Shown: positions 1 to 13,933, numbered from the stretch's first letter. The stretch: 64,000 bases of DNA from the human T2T-CHM13v2.0 reference genome, Homo sapiens (GCF_009914755.1 NC_060926.1); one strand, 5' to 3'. A program made the numbers and translations. Notes: generated from the letters alone by a model not told the origin.

Positions 1-729
1 TGGGCTTGCAGAGACTAAGGCCAGCTCACAATCGGAGGGAATGTGCACACCACATAAATTTTCAACAGAAGAATGTTCCCTCCAGCTCCCACATCTGCCT
101 CAGCCTGCAAAGCCTTGAATTCATCAGGAGATTGAGCTGATGCTGCCCCTGTGGCTTGCTGTAAAAAGGCGTATCACTAATGCCACAAAGGCACTCCCCT
201 TCCCTCCCAGACTGTACCGCATTTTGTAGCAATACATGTTGCCAAAAGAACAAAAATCCCATTGACACATCCATGGCTGACAAGGCCTTAATTTGTGTCT
301 GTTGATGCTGGCCCCTGACTCCCTTGTCATTAATTACACATCAATGACACATTTGCCTGTGTAATGGAGAGAGTGAGAGAAGGGGAAGAGGAGGATGCAT
401 CTTAACAACCTTGGCATGCCTTGGCTCTGGGGACCCTGGGAGCCTGTTCAGGGGCAATTATAAATACAAACACTGCAACAGGCTTGCCTAGATTAACAGA
501 GAAAATAAGATCTCTTCTCCAAATGAAGGAAATTGCTGATGTTGTATATTCAGCATGCTTACACGGAGGGTGAGGGGAATAAACAGCTGTCTGAGGATGT
601 AAGACATTGCATTATTAATATCATCATGATAATTTACATGTCTTCTGTGCCTTAAAGTTTATGGGGTTTTTTTAATCAAATATTTTATTTGATCCTCTCT
701 ATTATGGCAGGAAATATTTTTTGTCTTAT

Positions 730-960
730 ACACAGTGCCTAAGTTAGTGTCACACACATTGCAGACATTCTATAACTATTTAGTGAATGAATACATAAAT
801 GGACTAATACAAGAATGTTAAAGTAGGACCTCCCTTAACACTGTGTTCATATTTCAGGTGAACAAACTAAAGTGCAGAACATTTTAGGAACTTGCTCAGA
901 TTCCTGGGATTGATAGGAGGCAGTGTCAGGACTGAGTCCCAGGTTTTATTCTTCCTGAGC
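730..960. mobile_element. Degenerate L2 3' end followed by MIR fragment
   Basis: 'cacagtgcct...tttagtgaatgaat' resembles the L2 tail; 'atttcaggtgaacaaactaaag...aacttgctcag' resembles the antisense MIR core. Boundaries approximate. Confidence 0.45.
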
Positions 961-2310
961 CCTGGTACTCTCCCCCTTATTTTCTCTTGTGAGGTACTTT
1001 TGCATGGGTGTGACCATTAAAAATCTCCCTGTCACAGAACCCACAAAATATGTGCACCTATTACGTAAAAAATAAATACCTGTTACAAAACTCCTTCAGT
1101 GAGCATCTCCCCATCCTGTCAGTGGTGCATTCTCTAGAACGATGCATACACAGCACTGAGCTCTGCTGACTACCACAAAGAGGAGGGTTTGGGACAGATG
1201 CCAATCTCAGCAAATGAAGAAGTGATTTCCTGCTGGCCATGGCTTATGGGGCCCTGGCTCTTTAGGAGGACTACTTGCAAGGCAGAGTTCTCTCCAGAGG
1301 CTTCAAGTGGTACCAAAGCAATGGGGCTCCCACAGACTGTGAGCTCCTGTGATGTTTCAGACACTGGATGTCCATTCTTTCTGTGGGCATGGTGCTGGTT
1401 TTGTCTTACCTTTTTGCGTATGAATGCTGTGTGTCCTAATTCCTTCTGTGCATTGTTGATACATAGTGTCACTCTTCCATAATGGAACTTTAGCAAAGCT
1501 TTTTGAACTGGAAAAACATTGTCCCTTGGAATAGAAATATTGATACGATGACATTTCCTGGGTAACACCACTAAACATGCCCTAACAGCAGTATCTTAGT
1601 AGTGCCAGCTCTCTAGCATGTCATGGAGGTTCTACATGCATCCTCGTACACAGTTCTTGATCTGCATAGACCTGAAACACACACGGGGAAGGAAATATAA
1701 AAGATTGATTTTCTAATCTCCAATGCTATATTAAAAAGCACTATAAAATAAACAACACTGCTGGAGTCTCTGGTAGGTTCCCACTTACTTGTAGAAAATG
1801 ATGTAAGTCCAGAAAAGCACAACTATACCTCACAGAGGAGTACAGAAATCTTAACTGTAATAAAAACTTGCAATACAATTGCTGAGATTGCTCACCCAAC
1901 AGTCAACAACTTTTGGCAGACACGCTCCTAATACAGTGTGGGAGATGGTTCCAGGCCAAGAATATAAAGTAACTGTCTATTTTATTAAAGTAAAAAAAAT
2001 AAGTTGGGAATACACAAATTCTGCGATTGTTACATTGAAGTATTTAAACTTTCTCTAGTGAAATAATGTGAAACAATGGTAATCTCTACTACCTACTCTA
2101 GTTCTAGTCCGATAATCTAGCCCAGTATTATTTAAACATGGTCTCAGAGTTCCACAAGTTCTAATATGTACATTTTTAGTTCCTGCTTTTGCAAATAGCT
2201 GCCCCAATCAAGTTGGTTTCATGTAATCACCAAATATGATCACCAAAAGTACAATTATATTTGACATCTTGATAGACACTTCTGGCAGAATTTAGGTTCG
2301 TATGTTCAAA

Positions 2311-3140
2311 TATAAAAATATATATATATAATATATATTTTAATATATAAAATATATATATTATGTATTTTAATATATAAAATATATATATAATATATAT
2401 TTTAATATATAAAATATATATATTATGTATTTTAATATATAAAATATATATATTATATATTTTTTAATATATAAAAATATATATTATGTATTTTAATATA
2501 TAAAATATATATATTATGTATTTTAATATATAAAATATATATATTATGTATTTTAATATATAAAATATATATATTATGTATTTTAATATATAAAATATAT
2601 ATATTATGTATTTTAATATATAAAATATATATATTATGTATTTTAATATATAAAATATATATATTATGTATTTTAATATATAAAATATATATATTATGTA
2701 TTTTAATATATAAAATATATATATTATGTATTTTAATATATAAAATATATATATTATGTATTTTAATATATAAAATATATATATTATGTATTTTAATATA
2801 TAAAATATATATATTATGTATTTTAATATATAAAATATATATATTATGTATTTTAATATATAAAATATATATATTATGTATTTTAATATATAAAATATAT
2901 ATATTATGTATTTTAATATATAAAATATATATTATGTATTTTAATATATAAAATATATATTATGTATTTTATATATAAAATATATATTATATATTTTAAT
3001 ATATAATATATATATTATATATTAAATATATAATATATATATTATATATTTAATATATAAAATATATATTATATATTTTATATATATTAAATATATATTT
3101 TATATATTTTTTAAATATATATTAAATACATATATATATA
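2311..3140. repeat. AT-rich minisatellite, 30-bp unit TTTTAATATATAAAATATATATATTATGTA
   Basis: 14 perfect consecutive units at 2491-2910, with degenerate units on both sides. Confidence 0.97.
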
Positions 3141-3278
3141 CTTACATTCCACATCTTCCCATTATATTAACCCTGAATTTTCTTACGGTTTTATAGGCAA
3201 GATTGTTTTACATGTATCATTGAAAGATAATTTCCACAAAATAAGACTTTAGTGTCTTAAGTTATTTACTAAACCAAT

Positions 3279-3838
3279 TGTATTCATTACCTGTTGCTGC
3301 ACAACACATTACCCCAAAAGTCAGCAGCTTAAAACAACAGACATTTCTTATCTCACCATTTCTGTTGGTTGAGAATCTGGGCCCAGCACAGCTGGGTCTT
3401 TTGCTTCAAGGTCCCTTTCAGGTGGCAATCAATGTGTCAGTTGGGCTGCAATCATAGCAAGGCTCAACTGGGGAAGGATCACGTCACTGTTGGAAAGAGT
3501 CAGTTCTTCATGGGCTGCTGGACTGAGAATCTGGGTTGCCAGATGGCAGTTGGCTGGTGGCTTACCCCCCAGTCCCTTGCCATGTGCACCACTTCAAAAT
3601 GGCAGCTTGGTCCACCAAAGTAGACAAACCAGAAAGGCATTAGAGAGAGTTTGCTAGCAAGATGGAAGTTACAAACTACTGTAACCAACCACAGAAGTGA
3701 CATCGTATAATCTTTGCCGTATTCTATCAGGAGCAAGCCACCAGGTCCAATCCATATTCAAGGAGGGGAGATTATACAATGGTGTGAATATCAATAGGAG
3801 TGGGTATTAAGGACCCTCTTAAAAGTCTGCCCATCATA
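3279..3838 (-). mobile_element. MaLR solo LTR, MLT1 family
   Basis: Starts 'tgtattcattacctgttgctgcacaacacattaccccaaaag...cttaaaacaaca' and ends 'cttaaaagtctgcccatcata', both typical of antisense MLT1 LTR ends. Confidence 0.75.
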
Positions 3839-4346
3839 GGGATTTTTGTATTAACACCATGAAAATTAAAATGTGCTAGGTGCAATTTTTAATTGCTGTG
3901 GCTAATAAAACACTAACAGCTTTAATGTGAAAAGAAGGTGTTTGAACCAAGTGGGGAACTGATGTACTTGATAAACCAAGGTTTAAGTAGCTCAGACACA
4001 AGCAAATAGGAGAATTAAATCTTTGCCCACCACAGTAGAAACATCTTCCCAAGTGCATAATATCCAACAACCCAAACCACAGCCATCAGTGCCATTTTCA
4101 CCTTTAAGTCATAGATTAGTTTCAGGAAAACATTATCAGCCATATCCAAATAATAGTATTTTTCTGAATATTATTAAAATAGCAGTTGAATTGTTTGTAT
4201 AAAATTGGTGCATTTTCTCCATTTAATAGTTCTTTCAGAGTCAAGAGCTACAAGCACAAGAAGTTTGTACTACAGTGTATAATAACACTGTAACAGGAAT
4301 GTGTGGCACATTACTGGAGCTTGAGAAACATGGCATTCAGCTTATG

Positions 4347-5125
4347 TTTTTTAACTTTTATTTTTGGTTCAGGGGTACATATTCAGGTTTGTTATATAGG
4401 TAAAGCTATATGTCACAGGAGTTTGGTGTACAGATTATTTTGTCACCCAGGTAATAAACATAGTACCAGATAGGTAGTTTTTTTTTATCCTCTCCCTCCT
4501 GCCACCTTCCACCCTCAAGTAGGCCCCAGTGTCTGTTGTTCCCCTCTTAGTGTCCACTTATAAGTAAGAACATATGGTATCTGGTTTTCTGATTCTGCAT
4601 TAGTTTGCTTAGGATAATAGCCTCCAGCTCCACCCACGTTGCTGCAAAGGACATGATCTTATTCTTTTTTATAGCTGCATAGTATTCCATGGTGTGTCAG
4701 TACCATATTTTCTTTATCGAATCTACTGTTGATGGGCATTTGGGTTGATTCCATGGCTTTTCTATTTTTAATAGTGCTGAGATGAACATACACATGCATG
4801 TGTCTTTATGGTAGCATGATTTATATTTTGGGGGTATACACCCAATAATGGGATTGCTGGGTCGAATGGTAATTCTGTTTTAAGTTCTTTGAGGAATTGA
4901 CACACTGATTTCCACAATGGTTGAATTAATTTACATTCCCATCAGCAGTGTGTAAGCATTCCCTTTTCTCAGCAACCTCAGCAGCATCTGTTATTTTTTG
5001 ACTTTTTAATAATAGACATTCTGAATGCTGTGAAATGGTATCTCATTGTGGTTTTGATTTGCACTTCTCTGATGGTTAGAGACGTTGAGCATTTTTTCAT
5101 ATGCTTGTTGGTGGTATGTATCTCT
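4347..5125 (-). mobile_element. 5'-truncated LINE-1 3' end, L1PA13-16-like
   Basis: 'ttttaacttttatttttggttcaggggtacat...ggtaaa...gtacagattattttgtcacccaggtaata' is a typical older L1PA 3'UTR, followed by antisense ORF2 C-terminal sequence. Confidence 0.9.
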
Positions 5126-6681
5126 TTTTTCCAGCTTGTTTAAAAGGCCAGATGCCTTAGCATTCAGAAGAGCCTGCAGATTCTCTCAGGAATCTGAAAG
5201 CTAACCAATTAGCATTTGAGTATTTCATAAACTTCATTTCAGTAATAATACATTGAGATATTAAACTAAAATGTCCCCCATTTTTTATGAGTATCATTGC
5301 CCTGTTGTTGTTTAGGGGAGGGAGGAGCCAAATGAAAATAAAGAGGTTCTTGCTCGGCACTGAATTTCAGAGAGGGTTTTTGAAATCTAGGGTGAAATAA
5401 TAATCCTAACAGCCTAGCTGTGTTGAAGGAGAAAATGACATTTCAATTCCAAAAGATTCCTTCTCTATATCAAGAGCAATACTTTTAGTTTAAGGATAGA
5501 GCCATGGGGTGGAGAGAATGGACAGGAAGCCCGATTATTCAGAAAGGAGGAGACGGTTCCACTGCTGAGAGAAGGTGGAAGAGAGACTCAGAAGGGCAAA
5601 TAAGAGGCTGAAATTCAGTGGTATTCTCTCTCTCTCTCTCTCTCTTTCTCAACAAAACCTCAGGGTAGGGAGGGAAAGATGGCAGGGGAGTACAAACCTC
5701 CATGTCAGGAGGGAATCCATAAACCCTGAGGTGGTCCCTCAGGATGCCAGCTCTCAGCGATGTGCTGCTTCTGGCAACTGGAAAAATTTTTGTGTCCAAT
5801 TGTGTGGTGGATTCTGCTGTAGCAGAAGGAAACATTTAGAGAGGTGGGCCTGAGAGGAGGATCCCAGCAGTTCATAGGATGATGCCCCAACAGAGGCCCA
5901 AGATTGTGGCAAGGAGCCCCAGACTATGGGGTCCTAGAAATTCTAGACACATTGGCAACCATGTTTTGGCCTAGTGTTGGTAAACCCACTAACTTCATCA
6001 AAAAGCCCACATCCATAAGGGTTTCTTAGAACCCTTATTGGAACTGGTAGAAAAGGGGAGTTCTTATTGTCTCTCTCTGGGGAGCTTCATTTGCTGTTTT
6101 GCAGACTCTTGGCATCTGGTAATATCCATGTTCTAAGGAGAAAGAGATAGGAAAGGCACCTTGACTCCAGTAACATGAAGCTCAAAGACATTGCGGCCCC
6201 ACCTCATGTGACTGCTGGGGGCTCCCCCAGGACTCCCAACATTTCCACTGTGTTTTTGTCAGCAAGCTGTCTTTACTGGATAACTCTCCAGGCTCCTAAA
6301 GCCAATGCAATATGACAAGGATGCCTTTGGTGTGCCACCCAGGCAGAAGACTTTGCTTGAGAACCCAGGGATTCCTGTTCTGCCGTCCTTGGGTAATCTG
6401 ACAGGGTTGCTGACACAGATTTCTCTAATTGTGCTCATACTTTCTCTCCTCCCTTCCTTTATTCTTCCCCTTTCCCTTTAAAATTGGATAAACTCGAGAA
6501 TGAGTTTCACTTTCTTTGACTCTAGAAAATGGGACAGTACCCTATGCATCTCAGCTGCCTCAAAGACCCTCTATCCCATGGGAGCCCACAGCACCAAGAA
6601 CCCTGCGAGATGAGGCAGGAAGAAACCAGGGAGTCTCTTCATGCTTCTGCTTTTCTACAGTTTGTGGTCTGTGGTATGGAA

Positions 6682-7043
6682 GTGTCTTGTTTTTTTCAGG
6701 CAGCTATAATAAAAATACCACATGCTGTGTGGCTTATAGACAACGGAAATTTACTTCTTGCAGTTCTAGAGGATGAGAAGTCCAAGGTCAAAGCACCAGC
6801 AGATTCGGTGTCTGGCAAGGGCCCGCTTCCTTGCCAGTGAGCTATTTTCTCACTGTGTCCTCAAATGGCAGAAAGAGAGGAAGTTTTCTGAGATTCTTTG
6901 CATGAAGCTGCTAATCCAATTCATGAGGGTTCCATCCCTATGACCAAATGGCCTCCCAAAGGCTCACCTCCAAATACCATCACACTGTGGCTTAGGATTT
7001 CAACCTAAGAATTTGGGGAGATGTAAATATTCAGCCTGCAGCA
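6682..7043 (-). mobile_element. MaLR solo LTR, MLT1A-like
   Basis: 'cagttctagaggatgagaagtccaaggtcaaagcaccagcagattcggtgtctgg' and 'ggatttcaacctaagaatttgggg'; TG...CA ends. Confidence 0.85.
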
Positions 7044-9139
7044 GGGATATGTGACAACACAGATGATCTTTTTATCCATGGCCTCCAAAATATCTAATCT
7101 CAGATTTATTATTTTCCAGATTTTTTTTCATCTGGCAGCTGCTCAAGTTCCTAAAGAATATATATGAATGATACTTCGGTAAGTGAGGAACACCTCCAGA
7201 TCTCTTTTCTTCCTGGTGTGCCTGGTACAAAATAGGCATTCATAAATGCTTGTTGAATGAATCGATGACTTGTGAACAGGGAAATCTCTATGTACTGAGA
7301 CCCTGATGGCCTTGGGGTTCACCTAAGGCTGCTTTCTGTACAAAAATGTTTGATGTTACTACTCCAGGGCTTTTCTCCTGATAAGCAGCCATGGCCACTC
7401 TGAAGCCAATCTGTCCTAGAAATCTTAGGATTTACTTAATTAACCTCATGATGCTCTTGACACACATTGAGAATGGGAAAAAATGATGGCACTGACATTG
7501 CTCAAAAGCACGATGGATTACACTTCCTTCCATATGACTGCCTCTTTTCAGCCCCATCTTAGTTCAGCTACCTGTTGTCAACCGTATCACCCGGGATCCA
7601 AAAGAAAGAGTCAGCACTGTTCTCAAAGGAGGCAAAAGGGGAATGCTTTTGATGTTTCTCTTTGTGGGCACTCTGCTTGCATCTTGTAAATTCTTATGAG
7701 CTTGCAATAAATAGTACGTGCCAGGGAGCCCTGTTCAAAGTCCCTAGATGTACTGAGTCACCCTCAACATCTTGGCATCTAATAAATCACTTACATCCAT
7801 GTGTGTGCTCCCCATAGCCTGGTAGCCCCACATCCAATCTAGAGGAACCACAGAAAACAATTTTCTTAGCAAATGGGAGCAAATAAAGGACATTATCTTC
7901 AAACAACCCACACAAAATGAAGCTAACAACCCACACAAAATGATAAGATAAAAAGAAATGTATTCCATCATAAAGGCCCTCACCAGGTGGGCAACATGGA
8001 CAATGTGTTATGGGCCTAATTACCAGAGAGTCCAGTCAGTGAAAAATCTCATGCAAAAGGCTTCCTTTTCCCTCTGACCAGGAATTAGGACTCAATGCTA
8101 AAAGGAATCTTGTTGCTGTGGTCAGAAAGAAGAAAACTGGACTCTACATTTTAGTTCTACTATCATGTAGTAATTTTCTCTTCAATTACTTTCATCTATG
8201 TACAATTCAAATGTCTCAGATCCCCGAAAAAAACCCATCAAAAGTCCCACATTTGTACAAAGAATTCGTAGGAATGTTCCTGGTCTAAGATGAAAAGAGA
8301 AATGGAGAAGGTGTGTGTGAAACCATCTTTCTCCTTCCAAATGTGGATTCAGGATGCCATTCTCTGTGACACGCTATCTCTATACACACATGCAATTGTA
8401 CATTTTAGTCACATGACCATTTTCTTCTTGGCCATATTATAAAAATTCTACTAAACCATAAAATGTTTTACCTGTAGATGAAAAGGGATTTTTGTTTATG
8501 CCCCTGAAGTTGAAGCTTCAGTGATACAGGCCCTAAGGTGGATGTTACAAGAACAGCAGAAAAGACAGAAACCAGGAGAGACAGAAAGAAAATGGAAATA
8601 ACTGCAGAGACAATGAAGCAGAATTCAGCTTCTTTTTTTGAAGCTTAACATCTGCTTCCTCCATCCCTCCTAGAGCACCTTGTTTCCCAGGAATGAAGAG
8701 CCAGGAAAAGCCTCGAGTGCTGTGATTGGAAATGAGCTAGCCAAAGGCAGATTCACCATTAAAATGTGAATCCGTTATTCCACAAGGAAAGAAAACAACA
8801 CCATGTACGCTAGTGGTAAGTAGAAATGCCATCACATTTGGGGCATGAAAACCGGAGGCAATACTCGCAGTGAAACAAACTGTCAACTATGGCTGGAAAA
8901 TCCAAGTGACCTTTCAAATAAGGAATCGTTACCTACCCAGGTGGACAGTAATTTTGAGTGGTTCTTAGTCTCTGCCTCAGGTGAGATTTCTGGCAGCAGA
9001 CACAGCATCACATGTCTTGTTTCTTTTATCCCAAAAATTCTCCCTTCACAATGATGAAAAGTTGAAAGAATTGGGTTTTTTTAAAAGACAAAAGGCCTAT
9101 ACTCCATACAAGCTTTGTAACTGCTGAATCCTGTGGCCT

Positions 9140-9290
9140 GGGATGCGGGACTTAACCTCTGAGCTTCAGTCTTCTCAACTACAAAATGGGGATAATAACA
9201 GCCACTTTCTTGTGTTACTGAAACAATAAAATGGAAAATGTTCACAGCCCACTGTCTTGCCTATTATTAGTAATCAATAAACATTAGTTG
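9140..9290 (+). mobile_element. MIR SINE fragment
   Basis: MIR core-like 'acttaacctctgagcttcagtcttctcaactacaaaatggggataataa'. Confidence 0.75.
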
Positions 9291-10625
9291 CTTTCTTCCT
9301 TCTCCTACTCACCAAGACTAAACTCTACTCTGAGTCACTAGCATGCCAGGTAGCTCAGTCTCCTGACTTTAAGGAACTTCTTTCCCAAGGGACAATTGAT
9401 GGAAAAAAGCACTGAGCTTTTGGGAGCCCCAGAAACATGGGGCTAAGCCACTGGTTTGCAAACACTTTTAAAGTGCTTAACCCTTTATTAAAAAGAAAGC
9501 TCATATAAATGCATATAGATCTAAGTTAAAACATGGCTTTTGGCCTTTCTGCTCCTCTGAGTGCCACCCCACCAAGGAAATCTCTAAACAGAGTTCCAAA
9601 AGCTTGCACTTAATGGTCCCCACGTGCCCTCTTTAATCTATGAATACTATTGACCCATTTTTTATGTGCTTTAGGTTTTTTTAGATATATATCTGTCTTT
9701 AAGAGCAACTCTCATTTTAATTAGCCTTCAATCCTTAGACAAAACTCAGAAACACCTGCCACAATGTCTGGAATTTTATTAGAAATTTACTCCTTTGAAT
9801 CTTGAAGGCTTTTTCATTTTTCAATAGTCACCCAGAAATTGTAAACTCCCTGAAAGAATCTGTACCTTCTTCAGGGTTTTGACCAGTCTGTAAGGATAAG
9901 ATGCAGCCTGACTAAATGATAGATGCTCAAGACAGAATACGGAGAAGCCAAGAGCAGATAGAGTAGACAGAAAGCTAGAGCTAGAAAAAAAAGACTCCCT
10001 GTGCCTCGAAATAAACCCTGTCCTCTAACTCTTATACTTTTCTATTATTCTTTAAAGGGACACAATTTTATTGGCTATATGAAACAAAACCTTTCCCAAA
10101 ATTTGCACTGTCTTACTACTCAAGGCAAAAGATGGATTTTAGATGTAATTTCAAAACTAAACAGGGTGATTATTTATTGTCTTCATACTGTTAAGTACCT
10201 GTTCTAGACTTTGTTAAAAATATGTAAAGAAATAACTCAGTTTCATGTCTTGAAGACATAAATTAAGAAGAGTGATCAAGAACTCACCATGGGAATGGGT
10301 CCATACAGGAATTTGTGGCATGCCTACAGAGTTGAAGAAGGGTCACCTCTCTTCTCTGACACATGAAAAGAAGAAAAAAAAAGTCCATGAAGATAAGAGT
10401 AGACCTAAGAGGGTAATTTCTTAATTATTTAATGTACATTTAACGTACAGATGCATAGTATTTTCCCCCAGAGCATCTATATTTTGTCCCCGTTTGATAA
10501 AGACCTTTACTATGTATTACGCAATCTGGGGCTTGGGGATAATTAGTGGAATAAAAGTTGTGTCCCACTTTCTCTTCCTCACAGCAATATTAACCTGGCA
10601 TCCCAAAACTTGAATTTCAAAACTA

Positions 10626-11465
10626 CAGTCAGTTCTGTTATAATGTAATATAGTATTCCTGAACATCACCATGCTATGCAAAATTGTACAAGAAAAATTA
10701 CAGGGTTTAAGAAGAAAATGGGAGCACAACATTTAAAAATGTTGTCAGTGACATGTAAACAAAAGATAGGAACTAAATAAAAATGATAGTTTTACACAAG
10801 TTAAATGGCTAGTAAATATTGCAAAAAATGTGACTCCTTATCTTGAAAAAAAACCTGAAGTGGCCTATGTATGTGAATTTAGGAAGGCTGCAGCTTGTAA
10901 GTTACTGGCAAACGGAGGAAGGAGGGTTAGTTGAAATCACACAATGTGAAATCAGACAGGGTCTAAGAAGACAATGGGAGCACAACATTCAAAATTGTTG
11001 TCCATGACATGTAAACAAAAGACAGGAACCAAATAAAAATGGTAGTTTTACACAAGTTAAATGGCTAGTAAATATTGCAAAAAATCTGACTCCTTATCTT
11101 GAAAAAAACCTGAAGTTTGCCTATGTATGTGAATTTAGGAAGGCTGTAGCTTGCAAGTAACTGGGAAATGGAGGAAGGAGGGTTAGTTGAAATCAGACAA
11201 TGTGGAAAGGTCAGGTGTGGAGGGATACAGCTGATAATACACATAGTGAGCTGACAGAGCTGGTAGACATGCACATGCTCATTTTGTGAATTCTTCCATA
11301 GCCCAATACAACAGAGTGCAATTTCTGCATTCATCCAGCATTCCCTGTGGACAAAACTGTGAAAGAAAATGCAAAATCACATTGTGCTCAGTTCACCTCC
11401 TAATATTTCAATCTTGTTGAAACAAATTTGTGTCTTCAAAACAAGCATTATAGAAGAACTGACTA
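10626..11465. mobile_element. Non-autonomous Tc1/mariner (Tigger-type) DNA transposon with internal tandem duplication
   Basis: Imperfect terminal inverted repeats: left 'cagtcagttctgttataatg' and right 'cattatagaagaactgacta', each flanked by TA (10624-10625, 11466-11467). Confidence 0.7.
10700..11205. repeat. Direct tandem duplication, period about 256 bp, two copies
   Basis: 'cagggtttaagaagaaaatgggagcacaac...' at 10701 recurs as 'cagggtctaagaagacaatgggagcacaac...' at 10957 and stays colinear to 'gttgaaatcagacaatgtg'. Confidence 0.95.
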
Positions 11466-12179
11466 TATCTGGAATTTTCAGGTTCTTATCTCTCACTGCC
11501 ACCCTTCTTTCCACTTGCAGAATAAATTCTCCTAATACAAATCTCATCTTTTGTTTAAGATCTCTTAGAAGAAGCAGACATTCAGATGAATGTTTCAGGT
11601 GATAAACGAGGCAGGATTTTAAAAGACAGAGAGATTGTGGTTTGCTCAGTTCTCTGTCAAAGTTTCCTTGCTGAAGCATAATTGAGCCTGATATTGAAGA
11701 ACAGTAGAGTTGGGAGAGAAGGCAAGGCATAGGCAAGCAGACCTAGGACCCAGACCCAGGACCAGGCTCTGTGCCTACAGGAAAGAGTCTTGTTTCTAAC
11801 AGGGCTCAAGGTATTAGTAGCTACTCTTGATGCTGACTTGAATAATTTTACATTTACTAGATGTTCCTATCTACCCTTTTTAACTTGCTAAGAATACCAT
11901 CTGTGAATTTACCTAAATCTCCCTTTTAAGCCTCTAGCTATCTTAAGGAATATTGTCATGCAAGAGCTGGGCAAGAACCAGGAGCATAGTAATTGGGACA
12001 TTCACTCACCAGTATTGAATTGACCAATCACTGTTTGCGATGCCACCTAAGTGGAAAAGGAAAGCTAAAATCACATTCTTATGAGTCTAGCAACTTCATG
12101 GCAAGTCTCTGTGGAGCTCAAAGCCATCCTAAATTACAGAGCTTTTATATTCTGTGGCTGACAGCTGCTTCTTCCCTTA

Positions 12180-12386
12180 CCGGTTTTTCTCTACTATTGG
12201 TATTTGGGGTGGTGCAATTATTTTTTGTGCAGGACTGTCCTGCTCAGTGCAGGACAATCAGCATCCTTATCTAACACCTACCAAATGTCAGTCGTGTACC
12301 CTAATCACTGCAAATGTCCAAAATGCTTCCTTCACAAACCCAAACACTTTTGGCAGGTTAGAGCGTTCCCTGAATGAGAACCACTG
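12180..12386. mobile_element. hAT-Charlie MITE, MER20-like
   Basis: 'ggtatttggggtggtgcaattattttttgtgcaggactgtcctg' and terminal 'tgagaaccactg'. Confidence 0.55.
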
Positions 12387-12590
12387 CCACTGACGTCTCC
12401 TTCAGCTGCAAACTTCCTTCTCCCTGCAGATGCAGGCCTGCCCACTTCCTGAGATAAACACTCAAGCAGTTTTCACTCATTTACCTTGGAGAGAATACAC
12501 TATCTTGGATACAACAGAAGACATTACAGCAGAGAAAAAGGAGAATAGGAAAACTCTACATGCTCCTCACTGTATTACATTACTCTTCTT

Positions 12591-13149
<559 letters not shown>

Positions 13150-13399
13150 TTACCTTACTCTTCTTATGCATGAAATGTTAATATCATTTCTGTCTCAGAA
13201 CAGTCCTATAAAATTGGCCGTGGAAAGAAAACTGTGACTCAGAGGTCTGTCCCTGGTCAGGCTGCTGATTTGGGATTAGAATCTGGTTGTCCTCATGTTG
13301 CTTCCTCTTGTGCTCATCTTGCCAGCCCTTACTTCCGTTTCTTGGCCCTGGGAAAAGAACCTGAACTCTTTTTCACTAGCATCTGACTTCCTTCTTCCA

Positions 13400-13790
13400 T
13401 GTTCTGCAGAAACTTGATTTTGCCATTGATGCTGTTGACCAAATATTTCCAGCTCTCTATCTTCATAGCACATGGTGATATTATACTTCCAGCCCATTTC
13501 TGGTTCTTCAAAGCAGCATTACTAGTTCTGGCCAATAAATGGTGAGCATTTAACAGCCAGTGCAAGAAACTCATTCTCTTTTCCCTCTGACGTAACAACT
13601 GGCAGCATTTAAGATGTTGGCTCTTCTATCAGCATGGATCCAAAAGTCAGGAAATATTGAAGCAGAAGCCTCAGCCGAACCAAAATGGACAGCTAGTATG
13701 AGCAATAAAAAGCCCTTAGCTGTAATAAATCACTAAGATCTGAGAGTTGTTTGTCACCAATGTGTGATGTATCCTATCCTGACTGATACA
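13400..13790 (+). mobile_element. Old MaLR (MLT1) LTR fragment
   Basis: 3' end 'gcaataaaaagccc...cactaagatctgagagttgtttgtcacc...cctatcctgactgataca'; 5' boundary uncertain. Confidence 0.55.
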
Positions 13791-13877
13791 GAATTATCTG
13801 CTTCTCCCAACATTTGCTCCTGAGTCAGTTCTCAGGTGTTTTGGTGGAATAAAAGAACTTCTCAGATCCATCCCCTA

Positions 13878-13933
13878 TACCACATACGCACACGAATACA
13901 CACACACACACACACACACGCACACACACAACA
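13878..13933. repeat. (CA)n microsatellite, imperfect
   Basis: Visible CA run. Confidence 0.9.

Noticed and set aside
1170-1578. Overlapping ORFs of 73-133 aa on both strands
   Set aside because: No recognisable protein similarity or splice structure.
5420-6420. Possible ancient LTR or internal ERV fragment
   Set aside because: Composition is suggestive, but I could not match a family or termini with confidence.
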